Shown one piece after another: positions 1 through 9,376 of a DNA stretch of 64,000 bases. The notes beneath the pieces are model-generated. The model saw nothing but the letters and a program-made list of their open reading frames with translations. It did no database searches and had not been told where the DNA came from. The translations under genes and the position numbers were made by a program. How positions within the stretch are numbered: the first letter of the stretch is position 1; each line of letters opens with the position of its first letter. This DNA comes from a virus, in the IMG/VR virus record IMGVR_UViG_3300017971_000273; one strand, given 5' to 3'.

Positions 1-99
1 TGTATAAGAAGGAGTGGCCAGGTTTTTATAACGCACTTCACAGCACGGAGGAAATGGATCCTAGAGTTGCTAAGATGTGGAGATATTTAGAAGATTTGT

Positions 100-423
100 T
101 TGGAGATGATAATGACCAAGATTCCGTATGAGGATCGCACAGAGCCACAAACCAATGAGAAAAAGTTCAAGACCTTCTGCGCTATGGCCAGCCTTTTTAT
201 TGTATCGAAGGCTTTAGAAATGGGATTTACCTTTAGAGATGTCGCTGTGTCTATGTTTAGGATGGGCGAAGACCTAATCAATTACGGGCAACTATCTGGA
301 GATATTGAAGAAGGTGACGCCGAGAGCATTAAGAAAGAAGCAGCTGAGTTGGCCGGTGATAAATTAGAGGAAGTGGAAGCCGACGGCATAGCCGATGTGA
401 TAAGAAAGTATGGACGCAAATGA
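100..423 (+). CDS. hypothetical protein
   Basis: 107 aa ORF with acidic C-terminus; no motif recognised; start uncertain. Confidence 0.55.
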   Translation: MEMIMTKIPYEDRTEPQTNEKKFKTFCAMASLFIVSKALEMGFTFRDVAVSMFRMGEDLINYGQLSGDIEEGDAESIKKEAAELAGDKLEEVEADGIADVIRKYGRK

Positions 424-579
424 TTTGTCTGCGAGGAAGATACAATCCAGAAATCGAGGATTATATCTCTGTTCCTTTGTGGGAAGTAATTAGGAAAAAG
501 CTTGTTAGTGCTTGGTTGCCTGCCGGCAATGAAATAAGAAGATTGGTTCTTTCGAAAATGAAAATACCGGGTAGAAGAA

Positions 580-783
580 ATGGCTAAGAAAAAGAAGTGG
601 GACAGACTAAAAGCATTGAAGAAGATAAGTAGAGAAGAACAGGGGCTTCACGGTAAAGCTGGCCCACATAAAGATAAGCGTGAGAAAAGACAAAGAAAGA
701 TGCGAACCGAGGACTACTTGGCTGAGCTTGAGGAAGAAGATGAAACTGGAGATGATGAGCCCGAACAAGGGGAGGATACATAA
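580..783 (+). CDS. small hypothetical protein with basic N-terminus and acidic C-terminus
   Basis: ATG after AGAAG; MAKKKKWDRLKALKK...EEEDETGDDE. Confidence 0.6.
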   Translation: MAKKKKWDRLKALKKISREEQGLHGKAGPHKDKREKRQRKMRTEDYLAELEEEDETGDDEPEQGEDT

Positions 784-1082
784 TCAGGTCGGCTATTGTA
801 GTTGGGTGGGTTTCAATGGCAACCCTTTCTATCCCTTGATGGCTCCACTTTTGGGTGAGCTTTCGCATACGGTAGTTAATACCGTTCATGATGGTTTTTG
901 GGAAAAGAAATGGGGGCAGCCCGCATGGATATAGAAATTTGTATTCTTTCCAAGCGGCGAAGCGCAGCCTGCGGCGCCTTTGATAGTAGATCTTATTTGA
1001 ACTTTGGCGCCACGGTGATGACCAAATTTGATTCGCGTCTTTTCAGGCTACTTGAGAATTGGCTGTATAAGGAGGTGGTTGC

Positions 1083-1664
1083 ATGGGAACTAAAATTGGA
1101 TTCGCTGACATCTTGACAGCCTTTCAGGAAGAAGGAACGGTAGGCACAAAGGTTTGGTGGCAAGACCAAATGGATTTCCTGCGCGTTTTGTACGAGGAAG
1201 TAGAGAAGTTCGATTGGAGTTCTTGTCGCCAGCCAGGTCAAGCCTACATAGTCCTGCCCGATAAATGTTGCAAGTGGGTTTCTTCTGGTGTCGGTAAAAG
1301 GACAATGAATCCAGAAGATTATGTAATTCGAAGCCACAGGGAATCGGTTAAACTCTATCTAAAAAGAGCCTTTGCGGCGGAAGTCGATAATGTTGCCGTA
1401 GTCGTATATACTTTAGATGCATACTTAGCCGACCCAGACATCGATGAAGCTGAGACTGCAAGAATATTGGCAACTGGGTGTAGTCATATTCTTGTCGCCG
1501 TTCTTGCTGCATCGGGGCCAAAAAGCCCCTTGACCCCCACTCGCTTTGTTCATAATTTAGCAGGTGGAAACAAGGAGGCTTTGCTCTGGACTGCGGATGA
1601 GATAAGAGAGAAAGCCAAAGAAATCAAAGACTACTCTAATGAGTGGTGTATGGTCGCTGATTAA
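1083..1664 (+). CDS. hypothetical protein
   Basis: GGAGGTGG SD upstream; 193 aa globular-looking ORF. Confidence 0.75.
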   Translation: MGTKIGFADILTAFQEEGTVGTKVWWQDQMDFLRVLYEEVEKFDWSSCRQPGQAYIVLPDKCCKWVSSGVGKRTMNPEDYVIRSHRESVKLYLKRAFAAEVDNVAVVVYTLDAYLADPDIDEAETARILATGCSHILVAVLAASGPKSPLTPTRFVHNLAGGNKEALLWTADEIREKAKEIKDYSNEWCMVAD

Positions 1665-1777
1665 AAGAGGTAAAATGGGCGAATGGTGTAGAGACTGGCT
1701 CCCTTTTATTTTTATGTTTGTTGTAGTTGCACTGTGCGTGATGTTGCCTATAATGTGTGCAACTTGAAGGAGGAGAA

Positions 1778-2011
1778 ATGTTTTGGAAAGCTGTTTTAGT
1801 TGTCTTGGTTTTGGCAACATCGGGGTGCTCTGACTGCGGTAAAAACTACAACAGCCTGAGGGCCAGATGCAAACAGATGTGCAAGCAAAAGCAATCCGAC
1901 AATGTGGGATCTACTTTCATGTTCCGTGATGTCCACGGAACTTTTGGCAAATGTAAGTGTTTTGATAGAGAAGGTAAGAAGATCGATTTTTATATCTCGG
2001 TCGAGGATTAA
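1778..2011 (+). CDS. putative small Cys-rich lipoprotein
   Basis: AGGAGG SD before ATG 1778; hydrophobic leader ending LATSG-C. Confidence 0.6.
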   Translation: MFWKAVLVVLVLATSGCSDCGKNYNSLRARCKQMCKQKQSDNVGSTFMFRDVHGTFGKCKCFDREGKKIDFYISVED

Positions 2012-2022
2012 CAGGAGGATTA

Positions 2023-2457
2023 ATGGAAAGCGACCCGAAACTCAGCAAAGCTCTTAAGTATCTTGAGGAAATTGGGTTCAAGGATGACATCATTGATATG
2101 ATGGTTCAAATGCACTATAGTATGGCCCCTCAAGCCCCGGCAGTTGCTTGGACTGAACTGTTCGCGGATCTTGACTACTCCTTTCTAATCGAAGGTCATG
2201 CCAAGAGACTTGCGAATAGATTTGATGAAGAGGAGCTGGATGAGCTTGTGAACTTCGCCAAGTCCCCTGTTTTCCAAAAGTTAATGCACCCAAGTAATAA
2301 CGACAACCTTGAAGCTGAGGAAGAGAGTAACGAGTGGTTCCTTAAAGTTGAGGAAGACCTTTTGTCGAGGGCTCGTTATGTATTTACCAAACACAATGTT
2401 GATATGAGGGTTTATGATCTGATGGTTAGATCTATGTTAGACTTAAAGGAAAGCTAG
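2023..2457 (+). CDS. DUF2059-like helical protein
   Basis: FDEEELDELVNFAKSPVFQKL resembles the DUF2059 core motif; AGGAGG SD. Confidence 0.5.
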   Translation: MESDPKLSKALKYLEEIGFKDDIIDMMVQMHYSMAPQAPAVAWTELFADLDYSFLIEGHAKRLANRFDEEELDELVNFAKSPVFQKLMHPSNNDNLEAEEESNEWFLKVEEDLLSRARYVFTKHNVDMRVYDLMVRSMLDLKES

Positions 2458-2736
2458 ATGGAAGATGCCATGTTGTTGTTTTTTGGCGGCATTGCCGCCG
2501 CCCTTCTACTCGCTGTTTTTCTGGTCTTTGTGAGCAGCAGGGTTTACCACAAATATTTAAGCTACAAGCATGTAAAGATATTTGGGGGTTTTAAAAGTGT
2601 TAAAAAATAAGTGTAATGGAGGGCTACATTACGCTCTATATAAAGACTACTTAGACAACTGGTCTTGTCTGGTATGTGGAGAGAAGATTGATCACAATAA
2701 GCTCTGCGAGCTTAGGAATAAGGCAAGGAGAAAGAA

Positions 2737-3024
2737 ATGGACCTTAAAAAGCTTGAAGCTGTGGGTGAGTTCATTATTATCGAGAAGTTAGAAGAAGGTG
2801 CCGCTGATGATGGGCCAATCAAAGTGGTTAATAAATCCACTCCCTTTTTTGGCAGGGGAAGAGTGGTGGCCTCTGATGACCTCGGCATAGACGAAGGTGA
2901 TGAGATTGTCTATCTTATAGACAATGCTATTCCACTTGGTCTTGGAGCACCTGAGAACGTTGTTGTTGCCAAATTGGAAGACGTTGTTTGTCTCGTGGAA
3001 GAGGACGAGGAAGACGAGGAGTGA
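2737..3024 (+). CDS. divergent GroES/Cpn10-like co-chaperonin
   Basis: LEAVGEFIIIEK ... GRVVA ... IDEGDEIVY ... KLEDVVCLVE matches the Cpn10 pattern and size; loop lacks canonical GGIVL. Confidence 0.6.
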   Translation: MDLKKLEAVGEFIIIEKLEEGAADDGPIKVVNKSTPFFGRGRVVASDDLGIDEGDEIVYLIDNAIPLGLGAPENVVVAKLEDVVCLVEEDEEDEE

Positions 3025-3234
3025 GAATTTGTCTCAATACAAATGGGTTGTAGATGACGATACTGTTTCGAGAAAACTTGATGACCGTCATAGTTTAGAG
3101 ATCACGCTCATGGAAAAAGGAATAGAGATGAGGGTATGGGAGGAGCCAGAGGATAAGCGTGATAAGCGTAAACTGATGTATCATAAACACATCTCCCATG
3201 GGCAACTTGGCTATTTTATACCAGAGGAAGACTA

Positions 3235-3558
3235 ATGGAAGATAAGGTGATGCGGAAAACATCTGGCCTGCAAGCAGAAACCATAGATGAGCTTGATGTT
3301 GGATATAGCCAGCTTGGTGTCCAACTGAGAAGGCAGACAGACAAGAGGCTCCTTAAAAAGGGTGGGCCTTGGGCAGCACTGGCTTTTAAGTTTCAAGATC
3401 GTGAGGGGTCTGGTGAGATGTATGGGCCAGAAGAAACGATGCTCGCTGCTTTCAAGAGTCAAGGGGGCACATATAAACGATATTCATACTTTATCGTTAG
3501 GGACAAAGAAATGGCGGAGAAGATTATTGGTCTTCTTAAGGAGTGCTTCGATGTATAA
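3235..3558 (+). CDS. hypothetical protein
   Basis: GAGGA SD, TAATG coupling with upstream ORF. Confidence 0.65.
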   Translation: MEDKVMRKTSGLQAETIDELDVGYSQLGVQLRRQTDKRLLKKGGPWAALAFKFQDREGSGEMYGPEETMLAAFKSQGGTYKRYSYFIVRDKEMAEKIIGLLKECFDV

Positions 3559-3787
3559 GATACTGATTATTTTGGCTTTCCTTCTGGCCAGTTGCGTAGT
3601 GGCCGTGCGTGAAACCAAGAAAGAGCCCTTCTATACTAACGACGCGCTCGATGCCTGTCATGGATACTGCGTTGATATATTTCGCCTAAGCCCGCGAAAC
3701 AAGGGAACTTATTTCTGCGAGTGTTTGTCGGGGACAAAGAAGGGCGAGATAGTTGTGATAAGCAGAGGCGGGACGGTGTATAAATGA
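3551..3787 (+). CDS. putative small lipoprotein
   Basis: MYKILIILAFLLAS-C lipobox, several Cys. Confidence 0.55.
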   Translation: MYKILIILAFLLASCVVAVRETKKEPFYTNDALDACHGYCVDIFRLSPRNKGTYFCECLSGTKKGEIVVISRGGTVYK

Positions 3788-4026
3788 GTGTTTATAGAGA
3801 CAACGCAAAGCCGTTGGAACTAGGAGATTTTGTCGGCAAGAACGTCATACTATACATCTATCATGGAGCCAAGAATAGGTGGTTTGGAAGGCTCAAGGGC
3901 GTTGTCCCTCCAACTGATTCCAAGCCATACTGGTCTTTCGCCTTTTTTGACAACGGCAAAGATGAGTTGATGTTCGTTCCACAAAGCATAGCCTTTGGCA
4001 TAGTGGAGAAGGCAGGAACAGAATGA
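3784..4026 (+). CDS. hypothetical protein
   Basis: coupled to neighbours, 80 aa. Confidence 0.55.
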   Translation: MSVYRDNAKPLELGDFVGKNVILYIYHGAKNRWFGRLKGVVPPTDSKPYWSFAFFDNGKDELMFVPQSIAFGIVEKAGTE

Positions 4027-4241
4027 AAAAGCTATGTTTCCACTGCTGGAGCAGCATCCCAATAATGGCTGGGCGATGTAAATATTGCCTATCAAATGAC
4101 CAGATGGTTCATGGGCGATTCATCTTTCTGCTTCTGCTCATAATTGGTGTTCTGGTCTTTGGCCATTACTATTTGGACGAGGAGACAACTTCTCCCGCCA
4201 CGCAAAAGAAGAAAGTCGAGGAGGTCTATGAATCCAAATAA
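4023..4241 (+). CDS. zinc-ribbon membrane protein
   Basis: CFHC...CKYC followed by one transmembrane segment. Confidence 0.6.
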   Translation: MKKLCFHCWSSIPIMAGRCKYCLSNDQMVHGRFIFLLLLIIGVLVFGHYYLDEETTSPATQKKKVEEVYESK

Positions 4242-4431
4242 AGGATTGTGGAAGAGGGTAATAATTATCTGGAGCGAAGAAGACCCCAGCGATATGGATA
4301 TTGAGGATGTGTCTGTGGCCGCAATGAGGGGAGACGCTCACCTGGCCCTGGATGAGATAGAGTTTGTGGATGACCCTGAGCGAGATCCTGATTGGGATGC
4401 TCCCGTTGCCGACGAGGAAGATGATGCGTGA
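4228..4431 (+). CDS. small acidic hypothetical protein
   Basis: GAGGAGG SD before ATG 4228. Confidence 0.55.
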   Translation: MNPNKGLWKRVIIIWSEEDPSDMDIEDVSVAAMRGDAHLALDEIEFVDDPERDPDWDAPVADEEDDA

Positions 4432-4954
4432 TTACCCGTTTGAACTTTCTGTGTATATCTACACACGCCCCAATTTGAGAGATGACAGTCTCGAAATGGA
4501 AATGTTCATGGGTCGTGGTGTCCTGGAGAGCCTATACGACCGGATGGAAGTCAGGAAGGATGTAAAGAGCTTGTTCCTGTCGTTCCCCGAACATTGGCTT
4601 AACATCACGGAGCAGAGGCAGCTTTTTGAAAGGCTCGCAAAGTATTGTCCAAATCTCAAAGAGGTTGATATAAAGACGCACAGCGTCTATATTATTCAAT
4701 GCACACCAAATAAGTGTGCTTATATGATGGATGAAACCATTCCCGAGCACACTGATGGAAAGCACTACCACGATGGGTCAATGGGCGGCAATCTTTTTGA
4801 TATGTCCAAGCTCAATGTGGTTGGAGGAAGTGTTGCTCAGTCATGCGCCAAGTGTCATGGCCGGGGGTTTCACTTAAACAAAACCGGCGATGTTGTTATA
4901 GACTGTGAAAATGGATGCAAAAGAAACAAGGAGGTCGGTCGTGGCGAGCCGTAA
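4424..4954 (+). CDS. hypothetical protein with C-terminal CxxCxGxG zinc-finger-like motif
   Basis: GAGGA SD; CAKCHGRG...CENGC. Confidence 0.65.
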   Translation: MRDYPFELSVYIYTRPNLRDDSLEMEMFMGRGVLESLYDRMEVRKDVKSLFLSFPEHWLNITEQRQLFERLAKYCPNLKEVDIKTHSVYIIQCTPNKCAYMMDETIPEHTDGKHYHDGSMGGNLFDMSKLNVVGGSVAQSCAKCHGRGFHLNKTGDVVIDCENGCKRNKEVGRGEP

Positions 4955-5945
4955 GAAGGATTATTACGACGTGCTTGAGGTTTCTCCGAGGGCACGGCCA
5001 GAGGTAATTGGAGCCGCATATAAAGCCTTGATGAAAATCTTTCATCCCGACAAGTGCGAAGATGATAGAGTTTCCAAGCAGCTCAATGAAGCTCACCAAG
5101 TATTATCTAACGCCAAATCCCGCAAGAAGTATGATGCTGGCAAAGATGATCTTGAGGGAACTGTAGTTGGGGCTTATAGAATCCTTGAGCAAATTGCTGA
5201 AGGTGGCTTCGGAAAGACATACAAGGGCGAGCATGTGAGCTTGGGCACTCCAGTTTGTATCAAGCACGCCTCAAATATCTCTCCTCAGGATGAGGAAATC
5301 CTGATGGGAGAGGCAAAATCTATTTGGGATTTGAGGCACTTTGCCATTCCGGCTATTAGAGATATTCTAAAGCTGGATGACGGCAGCTTGGCCTTGGTCA
5401 TGAGCTACATTCCTGGGCCAACCCTGGAACAAATCATTGAGAAAAACGGCGGCTTGGATGCAGAGCACGTATGCTGGATCACTGAGAGATGCCTTAATGC
5501 CCTAATGTATCTCCACTATCACGCCACTGTTCATGGCGACGTGAAGCCACAGAACATTATTATTCAGCCCAGTAGTCATACGGTTGTTCTCGTAGATTAT
5601 GGCCTTTCGGTAGTCAGACCAAATAGTAGCTCTAAGAGTCTGGGCTACACTCCTCATTTTGCCCCACCTGAGCAAATCAAGGGCATGCCTTTACTCCCCG
5701 AGTCGGATTATTATTCGCTTGGGATGACGATGGTTTATGCTCTGGGCGGTGATGTGGGGAGCAGGGACGTTCCAAAAAGAACGCCCGACCTGGTTTGTGA
5801 ATTCATCAAGAAGTTGATTGTGTATGATGTTTTGGCCAGGCCAAGATGGAACGAAGAGAGTTTGATGGAGGAGCTGCAAAACATCAGACAGCAAACTTTC
5901 AAAAGGACATGTTCTTTTGGTATGAACATTCCAGGTTTTAAATGA
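4941..5945 (+). CDS. DnaJ domain - Ser/Thr protein kinase fusion
   Basis: GGAGG SD then GTG 4941; DYYDVLEV...FHPDK...LNEAHQVLSNAKSRKKYD (J domain with HPD); IAEGGFGKTYKG, VCIK, HGDVKPQN, DYG, PPE, ESDYYSLG (Hanks-type kinase). Confidence 0.9.
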   Translation: MASRKKDYYDVLEVSPRARPEVIGAAYKALMKIFHPDKCEDDRVSKQLNEAHQVLSNAKSRKKYDAGKDDLEGTVVGAYRILEQIAEGGFGKTYKGEHVSLGTPVCIKHASNISPQDEEILMGEAKSIWDLRHFAIPAIRDILKLDDGSLALVMSYIPGPTLEQIIEKNGGLDAEHVCWITERCLNALMYLHYHATVHGDVKPQNIIIQPSSHTVVLVDYGLSVVRPNSSSKSLGYTPHFAPPEQIKGMPLLPESDYYSLGMTMVYALGGDVGSRDVPKRTPDLVCEFIKKLIVYDVLARPRWNEESLMEELQNIRQQTFKRTCSFGMNIPGFK

Positions 5946-6104
5946 TAGAAGCATTGGAGATGCGTAAAGCTAAAGCTAGGCTCAAGCTTAAAGGTTGGAG
6001 TCCCACTATCTCTCAAGTATTAAGAGATTTGGAAGTTGTGGCTCCTTGGGCTTGGGATATGAATTCGACTTTGTATGATTGGAGACATGAAAAGGAGAAC
6101 AAAA

Positions 6105-7085
6105 ATGTCTGAAACTGCTGATTATAACCCAGGAAAATGGAAGGGGCACACCTCTTTTTCGGATGCCCGCAAGGTCTATGACCGACATGTTAATAGAAGC
6201 TATGGTGATGCTAAGGCTGCGAACAAGGGAAGCACTGATCTGATTCCTGATTCGATTACGACCAACAGCCCTGCACCTCTTGTTATTCTTTGTGATGTGA
6301 CGGGCTCCATGGGTGCATGGCCAGCCACCATGTTCTCAAAGCTCCCGTATCTTGAGCACGAAACCAAAGAGTATTTGGGCAAGGATATGGAGATTGCGTG
6401 GGGAGCCATTGGCGATGCTATGTGCAATGACTCCTATCCATTCCAGATTAGTGAGTTCTCAAAGGACACCGACATCAAAGAGAAGCTCAAGGAGCTTGTC
6501 ATCGAGGGTGGTGGTGGAGGCTCCAAGCAGGAGACCTACGAGATTGCTGCTCTTTACTGTGCCCGAAACATCCACATGCCCAAGGCCATTAACCCGATTT
6601 GTATCATCATTGGTGACGAAGGGTTCTACGACACAATCAACAAGAGCCTTGGCGAGAAGTTCGCTAAGACCGCTATGCAGAAGCGTATGAATTCTGTGGA
6701 TGTTTTTGAGGAGCTTAAGAGAAAATTCTCGGTCTATCTGATCAGGAAGCCCTACAGATCCACTGGAACTGACGACATGAGCCCAATCGATAAGGCCATC
6801 TACTCACAGTGGGAAAAGGTTCTTGGTGCTGACCATATCTCTATCCTGCCTGAAGCTGGCCGAGTTGTTGATACAATCTTCGGTATTCTGGCCAAAGAAA
6901 CCGATAAGATTAAGTATTTCAAGGAGGAAATCAAGGATAGGCAGGAGCCACATCAGGTCGAGACGGTTATGAAATCGCTCAAGACGATTCATAAGGTTTC
7001 TCCGCCTGAGGATCGCAAGCTTCTGAAGTCTGCCTCTAAGCTTCACAAGAAGACCAAGGGCAAGAAAACCAAGTCGTTGCTATAG
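6105..7085 (+). CDS. vWA-domain protein (stress/Ter-cluster type)
   Basis: AAGGAG SD; LCDVTGSM (MIDAS DxTxS), AIGD, EGGGGG, ETY, IIGDE. Confidence 0.8.
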   Translation: MSETADYNPGKWKGHTSFSDARKVYDRHVNRSYGDAKAANKGSTDLIPDSITTNSPAPLVILCDVTGSMGAWPATMFSKLPYLEHETKEYLGKDMEIAWGAIGDAMCNDSYPFQISEFSKDTDIKEKLKELVIEGGGGGSKQETYEIAALYCARNIHMPKAINPICIIIGDEGFYDTINKSLGEKFAKTAMQKRMNSVDVFEELKRKFSVYLIRKPYRSTGTDDMSPIDKAIYSQWEKVLGADHISILPEAGRVVDTIFGILAKETDKIKYFKEEIKDRQEPHQVETVMKSLKTIHKVSPPEDRKLLKSASKLHKKTKGKKTKSLL

Positions 7086-7097
7086 AAAGGTAAGTTA

Positions 7098-7289
7098 ATG
7101 GAAGCTATTTTAGCAATAGCCCTTGTCTTTTCTATTGCGTGGGCTGTGGTTTGTGGGTGCTTGGGCTTGATTATGACTACTAGTGGCGGCGGTGCCCAGC
7201 ACACTGTCGAAAAACTACTTGTCGTGATTATATTGGCCGTTGGATTTGGCCCACTGGCGTATGTCTTATACAAGCTGTTTGGAGGATAA
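7098..7289 (+). CDS. small membrane protein
   Basis: two hydrophobic helices. Confidence 0.6.
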   Translation: MEAILAIALVFSIAWAVVCGCLGLIMTTSGGGAQHTVEKLLVVIILAVGFGPLAYVLYKLFGG

Positions 7290-7290
7290 T

Positions 7291-8211
7291 ATGGGCTTGG
7301 ATTTAATGGTGACGATGTGGCCAACCTTTTCTCACTTCAAGAGATTCGTGGTTGATAAACGACTCAACGGCATCAGGCTTAATAGTGCGATGGTTAAGGG
7401 AGAAGCGTTAGACACCGAGCTTGATATTGCTAGGAAGATTCAAGATTCCGTGCCTTTGTATTTCGATATTAAAGGCAAGCAACTTCGTATTGTTGAGACA
7501 ATTATTCTCCCCGACAGGCTGGAACTCAAGCTTAACCACCCCATCAAGGTGAAGACTCCCACCATGGTTCTTTTCAAGGCGGGCGAAGATTGCTGCCTGT
7601 TGAAAGAGGTGAGGGACGGAACCCATCTGGTCTTCGAGAGCGGGCCAGAATACATGGTATATGAGGGTGAATCTCTGCACATTAGAGATCCAAGCCTGGA
7701 AGTTCTTGGCCCGACTTTTCTGCCCTTTGAGATTGAGAAGATTGAGAAAGCCAGGAAGGCTGGATTCAACAAGTTCTTTCTCTCGTATGTGGAAAGCCAA
7801 CGGGATATTGATGAGTTCAGGGAGTTTGTAGGCAAAGATTCTTTGATTATCGCCAAGATTGAGAACCAGAAAGGCTTGGAGTATGTAGCCAGAGAGTATC
7901 GTGATCAAGAAGGGTTGCGTCTGGTTGCTGCTCTTGGTGATATGTATGTGGAGGTTGAGAAGCCACATGAGATTACCAGGGCTCTCAAGCTAATCATCGA
8001 GCGAGATCCCAAAGCTCTTGTGGGTTCGAGGATGTTGCTTTCCATCGTTGATGCCCCCGTTCCCTCTTGTGCCGACTTCCTACAGCTTGCGTGGCTGTAT
8101 GATATTGGCTATAAGAAAATGATGCTGTGCGATGAAATCTGCTTGAAAGAAGAGTGGCTTTCTACGGCGGTGGATGCTTTTGACCATTTCAGGCAGGGCT
8201 ATGTGGGTTGA
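7291..8211 (+). CDS. pyruvate kinase-like protein (barrel plus B domain, no C-terminal regulatory domain)
   Basis: GGAGG SD; GIRLNS, FDIKGKQLR, FLSYVES, IIAKIEN, ALGDMYVEV, GSRML correspond to PK motifs RLN, DTKG, SFV, AKIE, ARGDLGVE, ATQML. Confidence 0.75.
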   Translation: MGLDLMVTMWPTFSHFKRFVVDKRLNGIRLNSAMVKGEALDTELDIARKIQDSVPLYFDIKGKQLRIVETIILPDRLELKLNHPIKVKTPTMVLFKAGEDCCLLKEVRDGTHLVFESGPEYMVYEGESLHIRDPSLEVLGPTFLPFEIEKIEKARKAGFNKFFLSYVESQRDIDEFREFVGKDSLIIAKIENQKGLEYVAREYRDQEGLRLVAALGDMYVEVEKPHEITRALKLIIERDPKALVGSRMLLSIVDAPVPSCADFLQLAWLYDIGYKKMMLCDEICLKEEWLSTAVDAFDHFRQGYVG

Positions 8212-8538
8212 TGTAAGGGTGCTGAACAAGGTGTTTAAAGCGCCACCTGATTACTTTTGGCCGATGGTCGATCTTGCCTATTTCATATCTGATATTCGCG
8301 TAGAATCCCAAACGATTTCTGGAATTTTGTGGGAGGTTTTGCGTGCAGATTGAAAAGAGGAACATCAAGGGCGTGGAAGGTAATGAAAGAATAGATAGAA
8401 CTTTCTATCCGTATTGTATGTTCTGGGGGCATGTCGCCAGTGATATATTTGCTGGCAAGTGGCCCGCTTACGATGTCCTTGAGGATTTCTTGTTTGTAGA
8501 TTTTTGGTGCCAGTGTAAAATCCTTAAGGATCGGGTAG

Positions 8539-8766
8539 ATGGAAATTAAACCAACCAGAACATATAGGGGCAGCGGCTTCAAGAACGATATATGGCATGA
8601 TATGTATGATCTTTTCGCAAGCAAGATGCGGGTAGGCAACATATCCTACGCCAACTTTTTCCATAAGATAGTGGAAGATGTTATTGTTAAGGGGCTCGAT
8701 GCCGTGGAATATAGAAGACTAATAAGAGAGAGAATCATAGAACTGAGAGGTAGTTTGTGGTGGTAA
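8539..8766 (+). CDS. hypothetical protein
   Basis: 75 aa ORF; no motif. Confidence 0.5.
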   Translation: MEIKPTRTYRGSGFKNDIWHDMYDLFASKMRVGNISYANFFHKIVEDVIVKGLDAVEYRRLIRERIIELRGSLWW

Positions 8767-8837
8767 TTACAGACTGGCGTTTTGGATGATGATATTCAAT
8801 TCGTCCTTACTCCAAATGGCCATTTAAGGAGGAAAAC

Positions 8838-8975
8838 ATGGCGACTAAGAGAGAGCTTAGTGAGCGTGCCCATAAGGCGTGGCGGACTCGCCGTGCCCGC
8901 AAGGCTGCTCGCACCCGTAAGCTGCGCGAGCGTGCTCGCAAGGCGTGGGAGACTCGCAGGAGAAACGGGCAGTAG
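8838..8975 (+). CDS. 45 aa Arg/Lys-rich peptide (not in the ORF track)
   Basis: AAGGAGG SD, ATG 8838, TAG 8973-8975; MATKRELSERAHKAWRTRRARKAARTRKLRERARKAWETRRRNGQ; followed by a terminator. Confidence 0.75.
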   Translation: MATKRELSERAHKAWRTRRARKAARTRKLRERARKAWETRRRNGQ

Positions 8976-8984
8976 AAAGCCCGC

Positions 8985-9020
8985 AACCCTGGCCCCTGAA
9001 ATATGGGGCCAGGGTTTTTT
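8985..9020 (+). terminator. intrinsic terminator
   Basis: AACCCTGGCCCC-TGAAATAT-GGGGCCAGGGTT then TTTT. Confidence 0.85.
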
Positions 9021-9033
9021 AAAGGAGAAGAAG

Positions 9034-9234
9034 ATGAGAGATCTTGGTGCCTTTGCTTTGGGTGTTTTGTGTGTGCTCGCTCTATCTTTCCCCATGGGAT
9101 ATATGGGCCCTACTGGAACGTATGTTTTGGTCGTGGTGGGTGTTGTATGGGGAATTTTCTATAAGCAAATCTGGAACTTCACTCTGGGCAGAAAGTTTGG
9201 GAGAATAGAAAAGAAGAAGAAAAAGGAACAGTGA
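9034..9234 (+). CDS. small membrane protein
   Basis: AAGGAG SD before ATG 9034; two hydrophobic segments and Lys-rich tail. Confidence 0.6.
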   Translation: MRDLGAFALGVLCVLALSFPMGYMGPTGTYVLVVVGVVWGIFYKQIWNFTLGRKFGRIEKKKKKEQ

Positions 9235-9376
9235 TGGAAGCGACAACGTTCATTGCGGCGCTCCTGGGCGGGATAATCGCCGCCATACTTCTCAGTCCAT
9301 TACTGGAAAAGCCTATCGACAAGCTGCAAACGAGATTGGTCAGATGGGAAGAAAAGGTTAAAGGTAGGTTTAGAAA

